From: an uncultured delta proteobacterium
GTDB lineage: Bacteria; Desulfobacterota; Binatia; UBA9968
DNA length: 64,000 bases
Assembly (NCBI GenBank): GCA_963737905.1
Contig: CAVTUQ010000036.1
Location: 1-64,000 of the forward strand
Reading direction: 5' to 3'
How positions within the stretch are numbered: the first letter of the stretch is position 1; every line of letters starts with the position of its first letter. Shown piece by piece: positions 42,691 through 52,066 of the stretch. The position numbers and the translations under genes are program-made. Below the pieces are notes generated by a model. That model searched no databases. It worked only from the letters and a program-made list of their open reading frames with translations, and was not told the DNA's origin.

Positions 42691-43113
42691 GTGGCGGACA
42701 AGCAGCAGGCTTGTACTATGCTCTTTTTAAATCCCCGGGGAGAGGTGCTGTTGATTCTCCGCGACAACAAGCCGGGCATTCCGTATCCTAACACCTGGGA
42801 CCTCCCAGGTGGGCACCTGGAGGGGAGCGAAACACCGAGCGAATGCATCCGGAGAGAGATGGGCGAAGAACTTCCGGGATTGGATCTCGGTAATTTTCGC
42901 ATGTATGAGATCGTGGACTTGCCGCAGCAGATCAATTACCTTTTCTGGACGCGGATCGACGTTAGCGAGGAAGTGTTAAATAGAATTCTATGCGAGGGAC
43001 AACGCGCCGCCTGGATGAGCCGAGCGCAGGTTCGGAAGACGAACGTCGCATTTGGCTTTGGGACGGTCGTAGAATGGTTCTTTAATAGATTAGAGCAGGG
43101 CGTGGTCGGTTGA
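42691..43113 (+). CDS. NUDIX hydrolase
   Basis: WDLPGGHLEGSETPSECIRREMGEE. Confidence 0.9.
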   Translation: MADKQQACTMLFLNPRGEVLLILRDNKPGIPYPNTWDLPGGHLEGSETPSECIRREMGEELPGLDLGNFRMYEIVDLPQQINYLFWTRIDVSEEVLNRILCEGQRAAWMSRAQVRKTNVAFGFGTVVEWFFNRLEQGVVG

Positions 43114-43281
43114 AAGAGGCAGCGCCGATAATGGTGTCGTTAGAAAGGTTGTGGGGTTTGATTTGTTTATAAAAAATCTTTTCGATGGGCACGCGCGAGG
43201 TTTCTTTCTCGGAGATAGACCCTCGAAGAATCCCGATTCCGAATCGATCGGCTCCGAGCTAGTAAATAAGCGAGGTTGGAA

Positions 43282-44295
43282 ATGAAACGCGACTGCGGCT
43301 TCTTTAGAGTAAGATTCATCGTGTTGGGCATCATCATTTTCTGGGCGACATTTTCTCAAGCCCAAGAGCGGTCGAGCATTCTCGCGGGTCACGGAACGTT
43401 GTCGGGATCGATACTCCCTCTCTGGGTGGGCGCCGAGGCCAAACTATTCGAGAAGCATGGCCTGCAGGTGAAACCGGTCTATTTGCCGCGTGCGGCGGGC
43501 AGGCCGGCTCTGCTCAGCGACGACATCCAGGTTTACTTTTCCGCCGGGCCTCCTTTGGTGCAGATGCGTTTGAGCGGGGGAGATGTCGCCATTACCTCTT
43601 GCGTGGTCCATAAGCTCACGTCGAAGATCATGGTGATTCCGGCCATCCAAAAGATCGCGGATCTGCGTGGCAAATTGTTGGCCGTGGCCAACCCGGGATC
43701 CGCCAGCGATTTTGCCGCGAAGCTTTTCATCGCCCGCCAAGGCATGAAGCTCGGCCAGGATATCTCGCTTATTTATAGCGGTTCGACCAGCGCGGCGTTC
43801 GCGGCTCTCGTCAATGGCAGGGTGCAGGGCATCTTTGCGACGGCGCCGAACGATACGCAGGCTGCAGTTGCGGGTTTTAAACCGTTGCTGGAACTGGGCG
43901 ATCTGAACATCCCCTATGCCGGTAATTGCACCGCGGCGATGCGTTCGTACATCGCAAAACAGCCGGCGCGTATGCGCGGCTTTGTCGCCGGGATTACGGA
44001 AGCAATCGCCTACATCAGGAAACGTCCCGGCGAGGCCAAAGCTGTTTTGGAAAAGTATACGCGGGTCAACGATCCCGGCATTTTGCAGCATGCCTATGAT
44101 TCGGAAACTCGATTTATGGAGCCGGTGCCGTATCCCAATCCCGAAGGGGTGAGAACCATATTGGAACAGTTAGGAGTATTGGGCCAGCCCGCCGAAGCGT
44201 TCATCGCCGAGTTCATTGACAACCGGTTTATAAAACAGCTCACCGACGAAGGCTTGGTGAAACAGCTCTATCCAGGCGGAATTCCCGCGCGCTAA
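43282..44295 (+). CDS. ABC substrate-binding protein (NitT/TauT)
   Basis: LFEKHGL, DLRGKLLAV, FIDNRFI. Confidence 0.88.
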   Translation: MKRDCGFFRVRFIVLGIIIFWATFSQAQERSSILAGHGTLSGSILPLWVGAEAKLFEKHGLQVKPVYLPRAAGRPALLSDDIQVYFSAGPPLVQMRLSGGDVAITSCVVHKLTSKIMVIPAIQKIADLRGKLLAVANPGSASDFAAKLFIARQGMKLGQDISLIYSGSTSAAFAALVNGRVQGIFATAPNDTQAAVAGFKPLLELGDLNIPYAGNCTAAMRSYIAKQPARMRGFVAGITEAIAYIRKRPGEAKAVLEKYTRVNDPGILQHAYDSETRFMEPVPYPNPEGVRTILEQLGVLGQPAEAFIAEFIDNRFIKQLTDEGLVKQLYPGGIPAR

Positions 44296-44298
44296 ATC

Positions 44299-44409
44299 AA
44301 GTTGGGGACACAAGAGTTCTACTGAGGCCAGCCTTGGGCATGCAAACCGTGGGGCCCGTTCCGGTGGAGGTTTGTCCAACCCCTCTGACACGCTGCGGGC
44401 TGACAACTT
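44299..44409 (-). mobile_element. Possible orphan IS110-family non-coding end (no transposase)
   Basis: GCAGCGTGTCAGAGGGGTTGGACAAACCTCC...GGGCCC...CCAAGGCTGGCC...AGAACTC resembles IS110 5' leaders as I recall them; not verified. Confidence 0.4.
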
Positions 44410-44500
44410 TTAAATAGACCGTAAAACCGGACTATTTTCCGGGAGAAAAGAAATTTCGCAGTTGGGCGACAAATACGCCGCCATAGAAAGTCGACAAACC

Positions 44501-45055
44501 ATGAAGCAAAGAGAATCACATGGACCGCACATCAGCAGGTTGGCGCTGTTCCTCACCTTTTCCCGGGTTAGCCTGTCCAGTTTTGGCGGCGCCCTGTTCT
44601 GGGCGCGCCGCGCATTGGTCGAGCGCCAGCGCTGGCTCACGGAACGGGAGTTTGTGGATTTGTTGGCGCTCGGCCAGCTCCTGCCGGGGCCGAACGTGCT
44701 GAATCTGACGGTGATGGTCGGCTATCGTTTCGCCGGTTGGACCGGCGCCGCGGTGTCCGTCGCCGGCTACTTGGGTTGGCCGTGTCTGGTGGTCATCGGC
44801 ATGGGTGTGCTGTACCAGGAATACGGCGCCTTGCCGCAGGTGCAGCTCGCTCTCGGCGGTATGTCGAAGGTGGCAGCGGGACTGCTGCTCGCCACCGTGA
44901 TCAAGTTGGTGATGGTGTTGCCGCGGCACTGGCGGGCGTGGCTGTTCGGCATGCTGGCTTTTGCCGGCGTCGGCGTCATGCGCTGGCCGCTGCTGTGGGT
45001 CATGGGGGCTCTTGCCCCGTGGGCCGTCTTCGCGGCGTGGAAAGAGCAGGACTGA
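44501..45055 (+). CDS. chrA: Short-chain chromate transporter subunit 1 (CHR family)
   Basis: SFGG, QLLPGP motif. Confidence 0.88.
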   Translation: MKQRESHGPHISRLALFLTFSRVSLSSFGGALFWARRALVERQRWLTEREFVDLLALGQLLPGPNVLNLTVMVGYRFAGWTGAAVSVAGYLGWPCLVVIGMGVLYQEYGALPQVQLALGGMSKVAAGLLLATVIKLVMVLPRHWRAWLFGMLAFAGVGVMRWPLLWVMGALAPWAVFAAWKEQD

Positions 45056-45585
45056 TGGACGATCGTCTCGACCTCAGCGGACTCTTTCTGCATTTTTTGA
45101 TCCTCTGGTTCGTGGCCATCGGCGGTCCTTCGGCGATCCTGCCGGACATCTACCGCTATGTGGTGGATGTGCACCACTTGATGACGAGCGCGCAGTTTGC
45201 CGAGATCTATACCTTGGCGCAGGTGGCACCCGGTCCCAACGTCATGTACGTCACCTTGATGGGCTGGCAGCTGGCGGGGTGGGCGGGCGCCGCTGCGACG
45301 ACAATCCCGCTGCTGGTGCCAGCTTGCACTCTCACCCTGCTTGTCGGGCACTTCAACGAGCGCTATCCCAATGCTCCGATCAGCCGCGCCGTTCGCCGCG
45401 GCCTGACGCCGATTACGATTGGACTGATGTTCGCCAGCGCGACAATACTGATGCGCGCGGTGAATCACGACTGGCGCGGGTACTTGATCACGCTGCTCAC
45501 CGTCGCGGTGGTCCTGCGCAAACCGTTGAACCCGCTATGGCTGCTCGCCGCCGGCGGGCTGGCAGGCATGTTCGGACTCGTCTGA
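45055..45585 (+). CDS. chrA: Short-chain chromate transporter subunit 2 (CHR family)
   Basis: AIGG, AQVAPGPN; TGATG overlap with subunit 1. Confidence 0.88.
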   Translation: MDDRLDLSGLFLHFLILWFVAIGGPSAILPDIYRYVVDVHHLMTSAQFAEIYTLAQVAPGPNVMYVTLMGWQLAGWAGAAATTIPLLVPACTLTLLVGHFNERYPNAPISRAVRRGLTPITIGLMFASATILMRAVNHDWRGYLITLLTVAVVLRKPLNPLWLLAAGGLAGMFGLV

Positions 45586-45763
45586 GCATCCCGGGCGGGG
45601 TAGGTAGATCCAAAGGTATTTAGAATTCTGAATCGAAAGACAATTTTTCCCGCAAAGACGCAAAGGGTGGTAAGGCTCGGAAAATAGCAGTACGGATCTG
45701 GTCTTGGGGAGATCAACAAATTTCTTGCGAAGAAAACTTGTCGAGACGAGATCAATTTCCTGG

Positions 45764-45964
45764 TCAAGGTTTTTGCCGCTCGCTTGCGTTTTTTCGCGCG
45801 CGCAACCGTTCGATCAAAGCCGTCACCTCGCTGAGAGTGGCGCGATATTCAGCCTCGGCTTTATCGATCTCGTCGGCCGGAGCGCCCGCCTCGACCGCGT
45901 CCTCGTAGGTGGTCACGGCGACCCCAAACGTCCTCAGTGCCCGGCGTGTTTCGTCGCTTGGCAT
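45764..45964 (-). CDS. Small hypothetical helical protein
   Basis: RBS GGAGG; last gene of the fdh-aor operon. Confidence 0.65.
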   Translation of the reverse strand: MPSDETRRALRTFGVAVTTYEDAVEAGAPADEIDKAEAEYRATLSEVTALIERLRARKNASERQKP

Positions 45965-45979
45965 GACTCGTTCCTCCCG

Positions 45980-47851
45980 TCACTTCGCAGTCTCAAGTTT
46001 CGAGTTTTGAGTTTCGAGTTGACCCGAAACCCGAGACTCGGAACCCGAAACCGGACCTGTGATTTCTAGCTCCTCAAGTTTCTTTACTGGAACAAAGCCG
46101 TTTTCATCCAATCCTCTGGCCTGGTAGTAACTTCCAATCATCTCTTTAAGCTCACCGACGGTCAAAGCTACACCCTGGGCGACCCCAGTGGAAAGGGCTT
46201 CACTCAGTAGCCGTGGCGGAAGCCAATCATCTGTGGGTCGCCATCCTTCCCGTTCATTGAAAACTCTTTTGGCTAATTGAATCCGCTCCCCGACCCGGCG
46301 CAGCTCGCCGGCCGAAAAATCCCAGCCCGTGACCTTGTTCAAAAGCTCCGCCGCTTCGCTATAAAATTCTGTGAAGCACTTGCGCAAGAATTTACAAATA
46401 ATCAGGGAATCCAGCACCGAGGCGAAATCCTCGGATGCGGCTACGAGAGCGCCTCGGCCGGAATCGGCGCGAAGTCGATCGACCTCGCCGGAGAAGTCAG
46501 CTTCATAGGCGCCGGAACGGTTGTGGCAGGCGCCGCGCGGGCTGACGGCCAATCCCAGGGCCATGGTTTTTAGGCCCCGTGGCTCGTAGCCGGGCAGTTC
46601 CAGGCCCTTCACATGCATGGCCCAATCTGAGCTGTCGCCGCCGAGCTCCAGCGCTGCTCTCCTCGAGCCTTCGGCCAGCAAGGCGCCCAGCCCGGTACGC
46701 GCGGCGATCGCCGGGATGGCGGCGAGGATGCCTTCGGGCCGTCCGAAGCACAGACCGAATTTTTCCGCTTCAGGCAACAAACCCTTCTCGCCACACTCCA
46801 TGGCCCAGGCCAAGGTGCCGCCGGTGCTGATCGTGTCCATTCCGTAGAGATCACAGAGATGGGCGGCCTCTAGAACGGTATCCGGATCCTTGATGCCGCA
46901 GAGGGGTCCCAAGGCAAAGAGGGTCTCGTATTCCAGCCGTTGTTCTTCTCCGTTGAGGGCTTTGAACAAACGCTCGCATTGGATCGAGCAAGAGGCGCAG
47001 CCGTGGCGGCGAGCAAAGCTGGTTTCCGACAAAGTCTCACCGCTGAGAGCGTCCGAATGGTCGAAGGTGGATTGCTGGAAATTGTGGGCCGGTAACACAC
47101 CAAGGCGATTGAAAACGGCAAGATTGGCGACGGTGCCGATATTGCGATATTTATCCGTGACGGAGCTCAGGCTTCGCCGGCGCAAAAGACTCGCGATGAC
47201 GTTGACTCCGTCGAGGTCGAATACACGGGAATCGTGATCGCCGCAGAGGGCGATCGCCTTGAGATTTTTCGATCCCATCACTGCGCCGACACCGCCGCGG
47301 CCGGCATGCCGCCCTTCATTGCTGATCGTCGCAAAGCGCACGCGATTCTCTCCCGCTCTGCCGATGGCCGCCACTCTAATCGTTGATGAGTTTAACTCGG
47401 ATTTGATCGCGGCTTCGGTTTCCCGCGGACTTTGGCCGCGCAAGTGTTCGGCCTCGCGAATTTCCACCTTGTCGTCACGGATCAGCAAATAAATCATCGA
47501 AGCGGCTTGGCCGGTGATGACAACGGCATCGAGGCCGGCACGCTTAAGCTCCAGCGCGAAATGGCTGGAGGAGAGCGAGTCGCCGATAAAGCCGGTGAGC
47601 GGTGATTTGGTGACGACGCCAAACTTGGCGGTGGTGGTGAGGCCGGTGCCGACCAGCGGTGCGCTGGTAAAGATCAGCGGGTTCGCGGGAGAAAAGGGTT
47701 CAACTCCCGGAGGCGCGTAGTCGTAAAGCAGGCTCGTGCCGAGGCCGATACCGCCGAGAAACGAACGAAGACGCTCCTCGGCGAGAGGATGCCACGAACT
47801 CTTGCCACTGTCTAAATCAACGTGAAGCAGACGACCGTGGAACCCATACAT
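45980..47851 (-). CDS. aor: Aldehyde:ferredoxin oxidoreductase family (tungstopterin) enzyme
   Basis: MYGFHGRLL, KSPLTG, GRGGVGAVMGSKNLKA, CxxCxxxC, EYET, GMDTIS, RGACH. Confidence 0.93.
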   Translation of the reverse strand: MYGFHGRLLHVDLDSGKSSWHPLAEERLRSFLGGIGLGTSLLYDYAPPGVEPFSPANPLIFTSAPLVGTGLTTTAKFGVVTKSPLTGFIGDSLSSSHFALELKRAGLDAVVITGQAASMIYLLIRDDKVEIREAEHLRGQSPRETEAAIKSELNSSTIRVAAIGRAGENRVRFATISNEGRHAGRGGVGAVMGSKNLKAIALCGDHDSRVFDLDGVNVIASLLRRRSLSSVTDKYRNIGTVANLAVFNRLGVLPAHNFQQSTFDHSDALSGETLSETSFARRHGCASCSIQCERLFKALNGEEQRLEYETLFALGPLCGIKDPDTVLEAAHLCDLYGMDTISTGGTLAWAMECGEKGLLPEAEKFGLCFGRPEGILAAIPAIAARTGLGALLAEGSRRAALELGGDSSDWAMHVKGLELPGYEPRGLKTMALGLAVSPRGACHNRSGAYEADFSGEVDRLRADSGRGALVAASEDFASVLDSLIICKFLRKCFTEFYSEAAELLNKVTGWDFSAGELRRVGERIQLAKRVFNEREGWRPTDDWLPPRLLSEALSTGVAQGVALTVGELKEMIGSYYQARGLDENGFVPVKKLEELEITGPVSGSESRVSGQLETQNSKLETAK

Positions 47852-47853
47852 GC

Positions 47854-48795
47854 TCAGCCTCCGGCGTCCGCGGATAGAATTAGAACCTTGTCCCCGGTTC
47901 GGATCTTGGCGTTTGGGTTACGTATGAATTCCAGCCCGTTGACGTTGCAGGCGCAACCGCTAATCAGATTGTTCTTTTCCGGACTGATGACCCGGCCGAC
48001 TAAAGCCGGCAATTTCTCCGCCAATTCTACAAAGAGATCGGCCAGAGTGGCCTGTTGCGGCAGCTCGAGATCAACCATTCTGGTCTTCGCGAGCAACCGG
48101 GCCATACCGAAAAGCTCTACGGTGCAACTAAGGAGTTCATCGCCTGTCTCACGGCCGGAAGAGTTCAACTCATTCCAGCGCCGCAAGGCCTGCTCGTAGT
48201 CTTCGGGCGTATTCATATTGAAAAAGCTCAAGCCCTCAGGATCGAAACGGCGGATTGCATCTTCTTCGATCCTACACGTCTCAACTTTATCGAAAAGATA
48301 GACGGGTCTCAATTCCCCGCGGTCCAGTTGTTCTTTGAGCAACGGTAGCACGCTGGTGCGGTAGACGGCGTGCAGTGGCTGAAAACGATCCTCCCAGAAC
48401 GGCACCACCACGTCGTAGTGCGAGATCTGGGAGGCGAGGTGTGAGATCAATGACGGGTTGAGGAAGGGAACGTCACAGGAGGTCACGAAGCAAAATTTTC
48501 CAGTGGCTGCCTTCAATCCATAATAGATGCCTCCCACTGGGCCTTGATAAGCGACTTCGTCCCGCACCAAGGTTGCTGGCAGATCCGGCAATTCCTGATC
48601 CGGCGCTGCCACGATGACGGTGTGGGCAAACATGCGCTGCAATGCGCGGACGATGTGAACAATCAGCGGCTCGCCGCCAAAAGGGAGGAGAGATTTGGGT
48701 CGCCCCATACGCGAGCTTTTGCCACCGGCGAGCAGCACGGCCGTCGCGTCGCGTAGCGGTTGGTAGTCGCTGGATCTGATCTCAGTCTCACTCAT
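47854..48795 (-). CDS. mobA: MobA Mo-cofactor guanylyltransferase fused to a C-terminal MoaD/ThiS domain
   Basis: LAGGKSSRMG, CDVPF, FNMNTPED; C-terminal VELFG...ADAGG. Confidence 0.88.
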   Translation of the reverse strand: MSETEIRSSDYQPLRDATAVLLAGGKSSRMGRPKSLLPFGGEPLIVHIVRALQRMFAHTVIVAAPDQELPDLPATLVRDEVAYQGPVGGIYYGLKAATGKFCFVTSCDVPFLNPSLISHLASQISHYDVVVPFWEDRFQPLHAVYRTSVLPLLKEQLDRGELRPVYLFDKVETCRIEEDAIRRFDPEGLSFFNMNTPEDYEQALRRWNELNSSGRETGDELLSCTVELFGMARLLAKTRMVDLELPQQATLADLFVELAEKLPALVGRVISPEKNNLISGCACNVNGLEFIRNPNAKIRTGDKVLILSADAGG

Positions 48796-49181
48796 GACGA
48801 CGGCCGTTCTCTTGGTTTTTCATCCTTTGCATCGTCCGATGGTGCTCCCTGCTCGAGCCAAACTCTAAACTCCTCCAAGGAATGAGCCAGGCGCCATTCC
48901 TCCAGAACGGCTCTGGCCATGGCGGAAACTGCGCCCGACGAATCCGGTCCAGCGTATCGCCCCGGGTAGTTCAGCAGCCACTCGTCGAATGCTTCAGGGT
49001 TTGGATCCTCTTGAACGGCCCGCTCCAAAAGGATCCGTTTGATGGCTAGCCCGATCGTGTCGGGAGTTTGATCGCGTTTGCGTTTGCGCCGGCGACCGTC
49101 GGCGGCGTCAAGCGCGGCGAGCAACGCATTGCAAACGTCGGCCGGGCGAAGAGCTTGCAACGAATTAGCGGTTGCTCCCAT
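48792..49181 (-). CDS. Hypothetical protein
   Basis: In operon with 4-nt overlap; GRRRKRKRDQTPDTIGL motif. Confidence 0.75.
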   Translation of the reverse strand: MGATANSLQALRPADVCNALLAALDAADGRRRKRKRDQTPDTIGLAIKRILLERAVQEDPNPEAFDEWLLNYPGRYAGPDSSGAVSAMARAVLEEWRLAHSLEEFRVWLEQGAPSDDAKDEKPRERPSS

Positions 49182-49188
49182 GGTGCCT

Positions 49189-50061
49189 TCAAGAAAAGAG
49201 GCGTGATATCGCGCCGTTTTCCGTTAGCGTCACGTTAAGCGAGTAGCCTGCGCCTTCCGGCCGTCTGTACCCCTGTTCGAGGGCTGCAACATCCAGGTAC
49301 GCGCTGGCAAGATCGTCGAGAAAAACCTTGTCGGGCGGGGTGCCCTGAAGCGTCGTAAACGTTTTGACGTAACCGAGACAGCGCTTGCATGCATCGATTA
49401 CCGAGTTTGTGCCGTTTTTCTCGGGTACGAGGGAGACAAGCTCGTTGTGATCGGTCGTGCTGCAGTAGGGGCAAAACAAGCAGTGAGCCTGCCACTCTCC
49501 GCCGCAACGGGCGCAGCGAAAATAGCGGTTCCGTTCGATGCCGCGAACTTCGGTAAATGCTGGCCAGGCGCCGCAGGTCGGACAATAGCCCTCCATCCAG
49601 CTTACGGATTTAGATGCAGCCCAGCCGCGATTGCAAGCATGTAGCAAAGGAAGCGGCAGGAGAGCTGCGACAGCTTGGAACGCCTCCGGGTCTGCGCCCA
49701 AGTGAGCGGCAATTTCCTTGAGGCGCTCGCTGTCTTGGCACAATGAAGCCTTAAACAGGATTAGAAAGTCTAGGTCTCCGTGTAGTGCGGGTTCCAAGGT
49801 GGCGAGTTTCGGTGTTCCGTTTTGATGAGCGGCGCGAATCAACTTTTCCAACAAACGGCGAACTGAACGCGTCTTCAATCCCAAGGTGATACCTGCCAAG
49901 AGCGGAACCTTGCTCTGTTGTGCCTCGGAGCGGGCTGGAACGAGGGCATCCCATTCAGGATTAGTCGTTTCGCTTAAGATCTCCTGAACGACGCCGAGCC
50001 ACGGCTCCCATTCCGGGTGCCGGTGTTTAAGATCTTGCAGGCCAGCTTCGATAGCCGTCAT
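49189..50061 (-). CDS. fdhE: Formate dehydrogenase accessory protein FdhE
   Basis: Four CxxC pairs (CPTCG, CARC, CPYC, CKRC), DDLAS..LD. Confidence 0.9.
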   Translation of the reverse strand: MTAIEAGLQDLKHRHPEWEPWLGVVQEILSETTNPEWDALVPARSEAQQSKVPLLAGITLGLKTRSVRRLLEKLIRAAHQNGTPKLATLEPALHGDLDFLILFKASLCQDSERLKEIAAHLGADPEAFQAVAALLPLPLLHACNRGWAASKSVSWMEGYCPTCGAWPAFTEVRGIERNRYFRCARCGGEWQAHCLFCPYCSTTDHNELVSLVPEKNGTNSVIDACKRCLGYVKTFTTLQGTPPDKVFLDDLASAYLDVAALEQGYRRPEGAGYSLNVTLTENGAISRLFS

Positions 50062-50291
50062 TGGCGGCTGAGCTCATCCGCCTGGCGGGCGCCCTGGAGG
50101 CTCGGATGCTTGGCAGGGATAAGGTCCGGGGTACGGTAAAAGGGGCGCGCGCCTTCGTGCATGTCCAAAAATTCGGTTCGGTTGCCGACATCACCGCCAG
50201 GGCCGCCGCCGCGCGTGCGCATTGCTTCCGGACTCGTGCAGGCAGCCAGAGAGGAGGCCAAGATGAGTAAAACAATACGGCCGAGTCTCAT
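50058..50291 (-). CDS. Small lipoprotein
   Basis: Lipobox LAAC then TSPEA.RTRGGGPGGDVGNR; coupled to neighbours. Confidence 0.7.
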   Translation of the reverse strand: MRLGRIVLLILASSLAACTSPEAMRTRGGGPGGDVGNRTEFLDMHEGARPFYRTPDLIPAKHPSLQGARQADELSRQ

Positions 50292-50292
50292 A

Positions 50293-51192
50293 TCAGACTC
50301 CCTGCGCCGAAAAGACGATGACCAAACGGAGCAGAAAACCGCCCAATAATACCAGCGCCGCCATGCTGGTCATTTTGAGATCGCCTCGCCGGCGCCAATA
50401 AAGCGCCAGCGGCAGCCACATACCGAGCACAATCACGCCCAGAAACAACAGTAGCCCCCACGCGTTAAGCCACGCGCGCAGGACCGGCCCGAGCGAGATC
50501 ATGACCGCAATGAGCACGATAAACTCCAGCGCCACCACCCATGCATCCATGCGATGTAACGCCCGAACACCCGGCATGCTCGCTCGCGATTTATCCGCCA
50601 ACAAGATCATTAAGGCCGCTGAGATTGACCCGGCCGACACGACGAAAAGCATACCGAGTAGAGGCGTATCCGACCAGATTGGACGGTTGGTTACCGCCAG
50701 CAAGACTCCGGTGTAGCCGGCCACATAGAACCCTAACAACCCGCCCACCACCGCAAGCAATCCGCCCAATCCCCCCGGGGGCCGAAAACGCCGACCCGCC
50801 GGCCAGTTAAGACGACCCGCCTCCGCCAAAGCGCTTAGAAAGGCCAAGAGAGAAAATATCCCGAAGATCATAAGCGCCCAGGAGCCAAGCGACATGGGCG
50901 ACCAGGGCTTGAACATCGGCCGAAACGTGTTCGATTCGATCAGCATGTGCCAGAAACGCAGCGGCCGATGAAGATCGAGAGTTAAAAGCAGCCCGCTGAT
51001 AACAATGCACGGAAATGAGATGTAGTAACCGAGCCGGGCGAGCGGTCGGTCTTCGGGCCGGCCGAATAGATCGATCAGCGCCCCCATAAAATAGCATCCC
51101 CCGGCCAGGCCGCCAAAGAAAAAGTAAAAGACAATCAGCCAACCCCATTCCGGTGGGGCACTAAAATAGGTGCTGGAGGGGATCCCGTTCAT
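50293..51192 (-). CDS. nrfD: NrfD/PsrC-family membrane anchor
   Basis: YFFFGGLAGG, DLHRPLRFWH, SPMSLGSW, YTGVLL. Confidence 0.9.
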   Translation of the reverse strand: MNGIPSSTYFSAPPEWGWLIVFYFFFGGLAGGCYFMGALIDLFGRPEDRPLARLGYYISFPCIVISGLLLTLDLHRPLRFWHMLIESNTFRPMFKPWSPMSLGSWALMIFGIFSLLAFLSALAEAGRLNWPAGRRFRPPGGLGGLLAVVGGLLGFYVAGYTGVLLAVTNRPIWSDTPLLGMLFVVSAGSISAALMILLADKSRASMPGVRALHRMDAWVVALEFIVLIAVMISLGPVLRAWLNAWGLLLFLGVIVLGMWLPLALYWRRRGDLKMTSMAALVLLGGFLLRLVIVFSAQGV

Positions 51193-51986
51193 TGCCGAGC
51201 CTCCTCGCGCTCCACTGCGCCGCGGTTGCGAAAGTTGATGACTCCCATCAGGCCGACCAAAACCGCTCCCAAGACGGAGAACCAGGAACCCGATTTGAGA
51301 TTTCGCGTAGGCATCTTGGGATCCGGCGGCAAACCGTAGACTTCCGGCTTGTCCACCAGTAAGTAAAACGAGTTCAACCCACCGAGCATCTTTTCGTCAG
51401 CTCCGTAAAGATACGCTCTCTTTTCGCCGAATTGATGCAGTTGCTCTACTCGCTTTTGCGCTTTGTCTTTCAGCTCGCGAATCGTGCCGAACTGAATCGA
51501 ATCGGTAGGGCAGGCCTTCGAGCAGGCCGGCTCCATGCCGCTCTGCAGACGATCGTAACAGAGCGTGCACTTCTGCGCGGTGCCCGAAGCCGGATTCATT
51601 TCGATGACACCAAAAGGGCAGGCCGAAATACAGTCGCGGCAGCCATTGCAGGCGTCCGACTGTATGACGACGGTGTCGAACTCGGTCCGGACGATGGCAC
51701 CCGTCGGGCAGACTTCGAGACAAGCCGCTTGGACGCAATGCTTGCACACGTCGCTCATCAGGAGCCAGCGGCCGTCTTTCCGGTCCTCGGTGAACTGCTC
51801 GATGAATTTGACGTGGCGCCAGTGGATGCCGTCGAGGCGGCGGGTGTTATCGTAGCTGTCGCCGCTTAATGTGTTCACGCCGCCATTGGTGCTGGGAAGC
51901 TGGTTCCATTCCTTGCAGGCGACCTCGCACGCTTTGCAGCCGATGCAGACAGTCGTGTCGGTATAAAATCCCATGGGCTCAGCCAT
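51189..51986 (-). CDS. Formate dehydrogenase iron-sulfur (beta) subunit
   Basis: CIGCKACEVAC, CKHC...C..VCP, CNGCRDC...CPF, KCTLC...PAC...CP; C-terminal TM. Confidence 0.92.
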   Translation of the reverse strand: MAEPMGFYTDTTVCIGCKACEVACKEWNQLPSTNGGVNTLSGDSYDNTRRLDGIHWRHVKFIEQFTEDRKDGRWLLMSDVCKHCVQAACLEVCPTGAIVRTEFDTVVIQSDACNGCRDCISACPFGVIEMNPASGTAQKCTLCYDRLQSGMEPACSKACPTDSIQFGTIRELKDKAQKRVEQLHQFGEKRAYLYGADEKMLGGLNSFYLLVDKPEVYGLPPDPKMPTRNLKSGSWFSVLGAVLVGLMGVINFRNRGAVEREEARQ

Positions 51987-52066
51987 AAGAACCTCCCGAT
52001 TAGCCGGGTAACCTCAACCCCGGCTCGCAATTTCGAATTCTCGAAATTCGAATTGCGAAATTTTTG

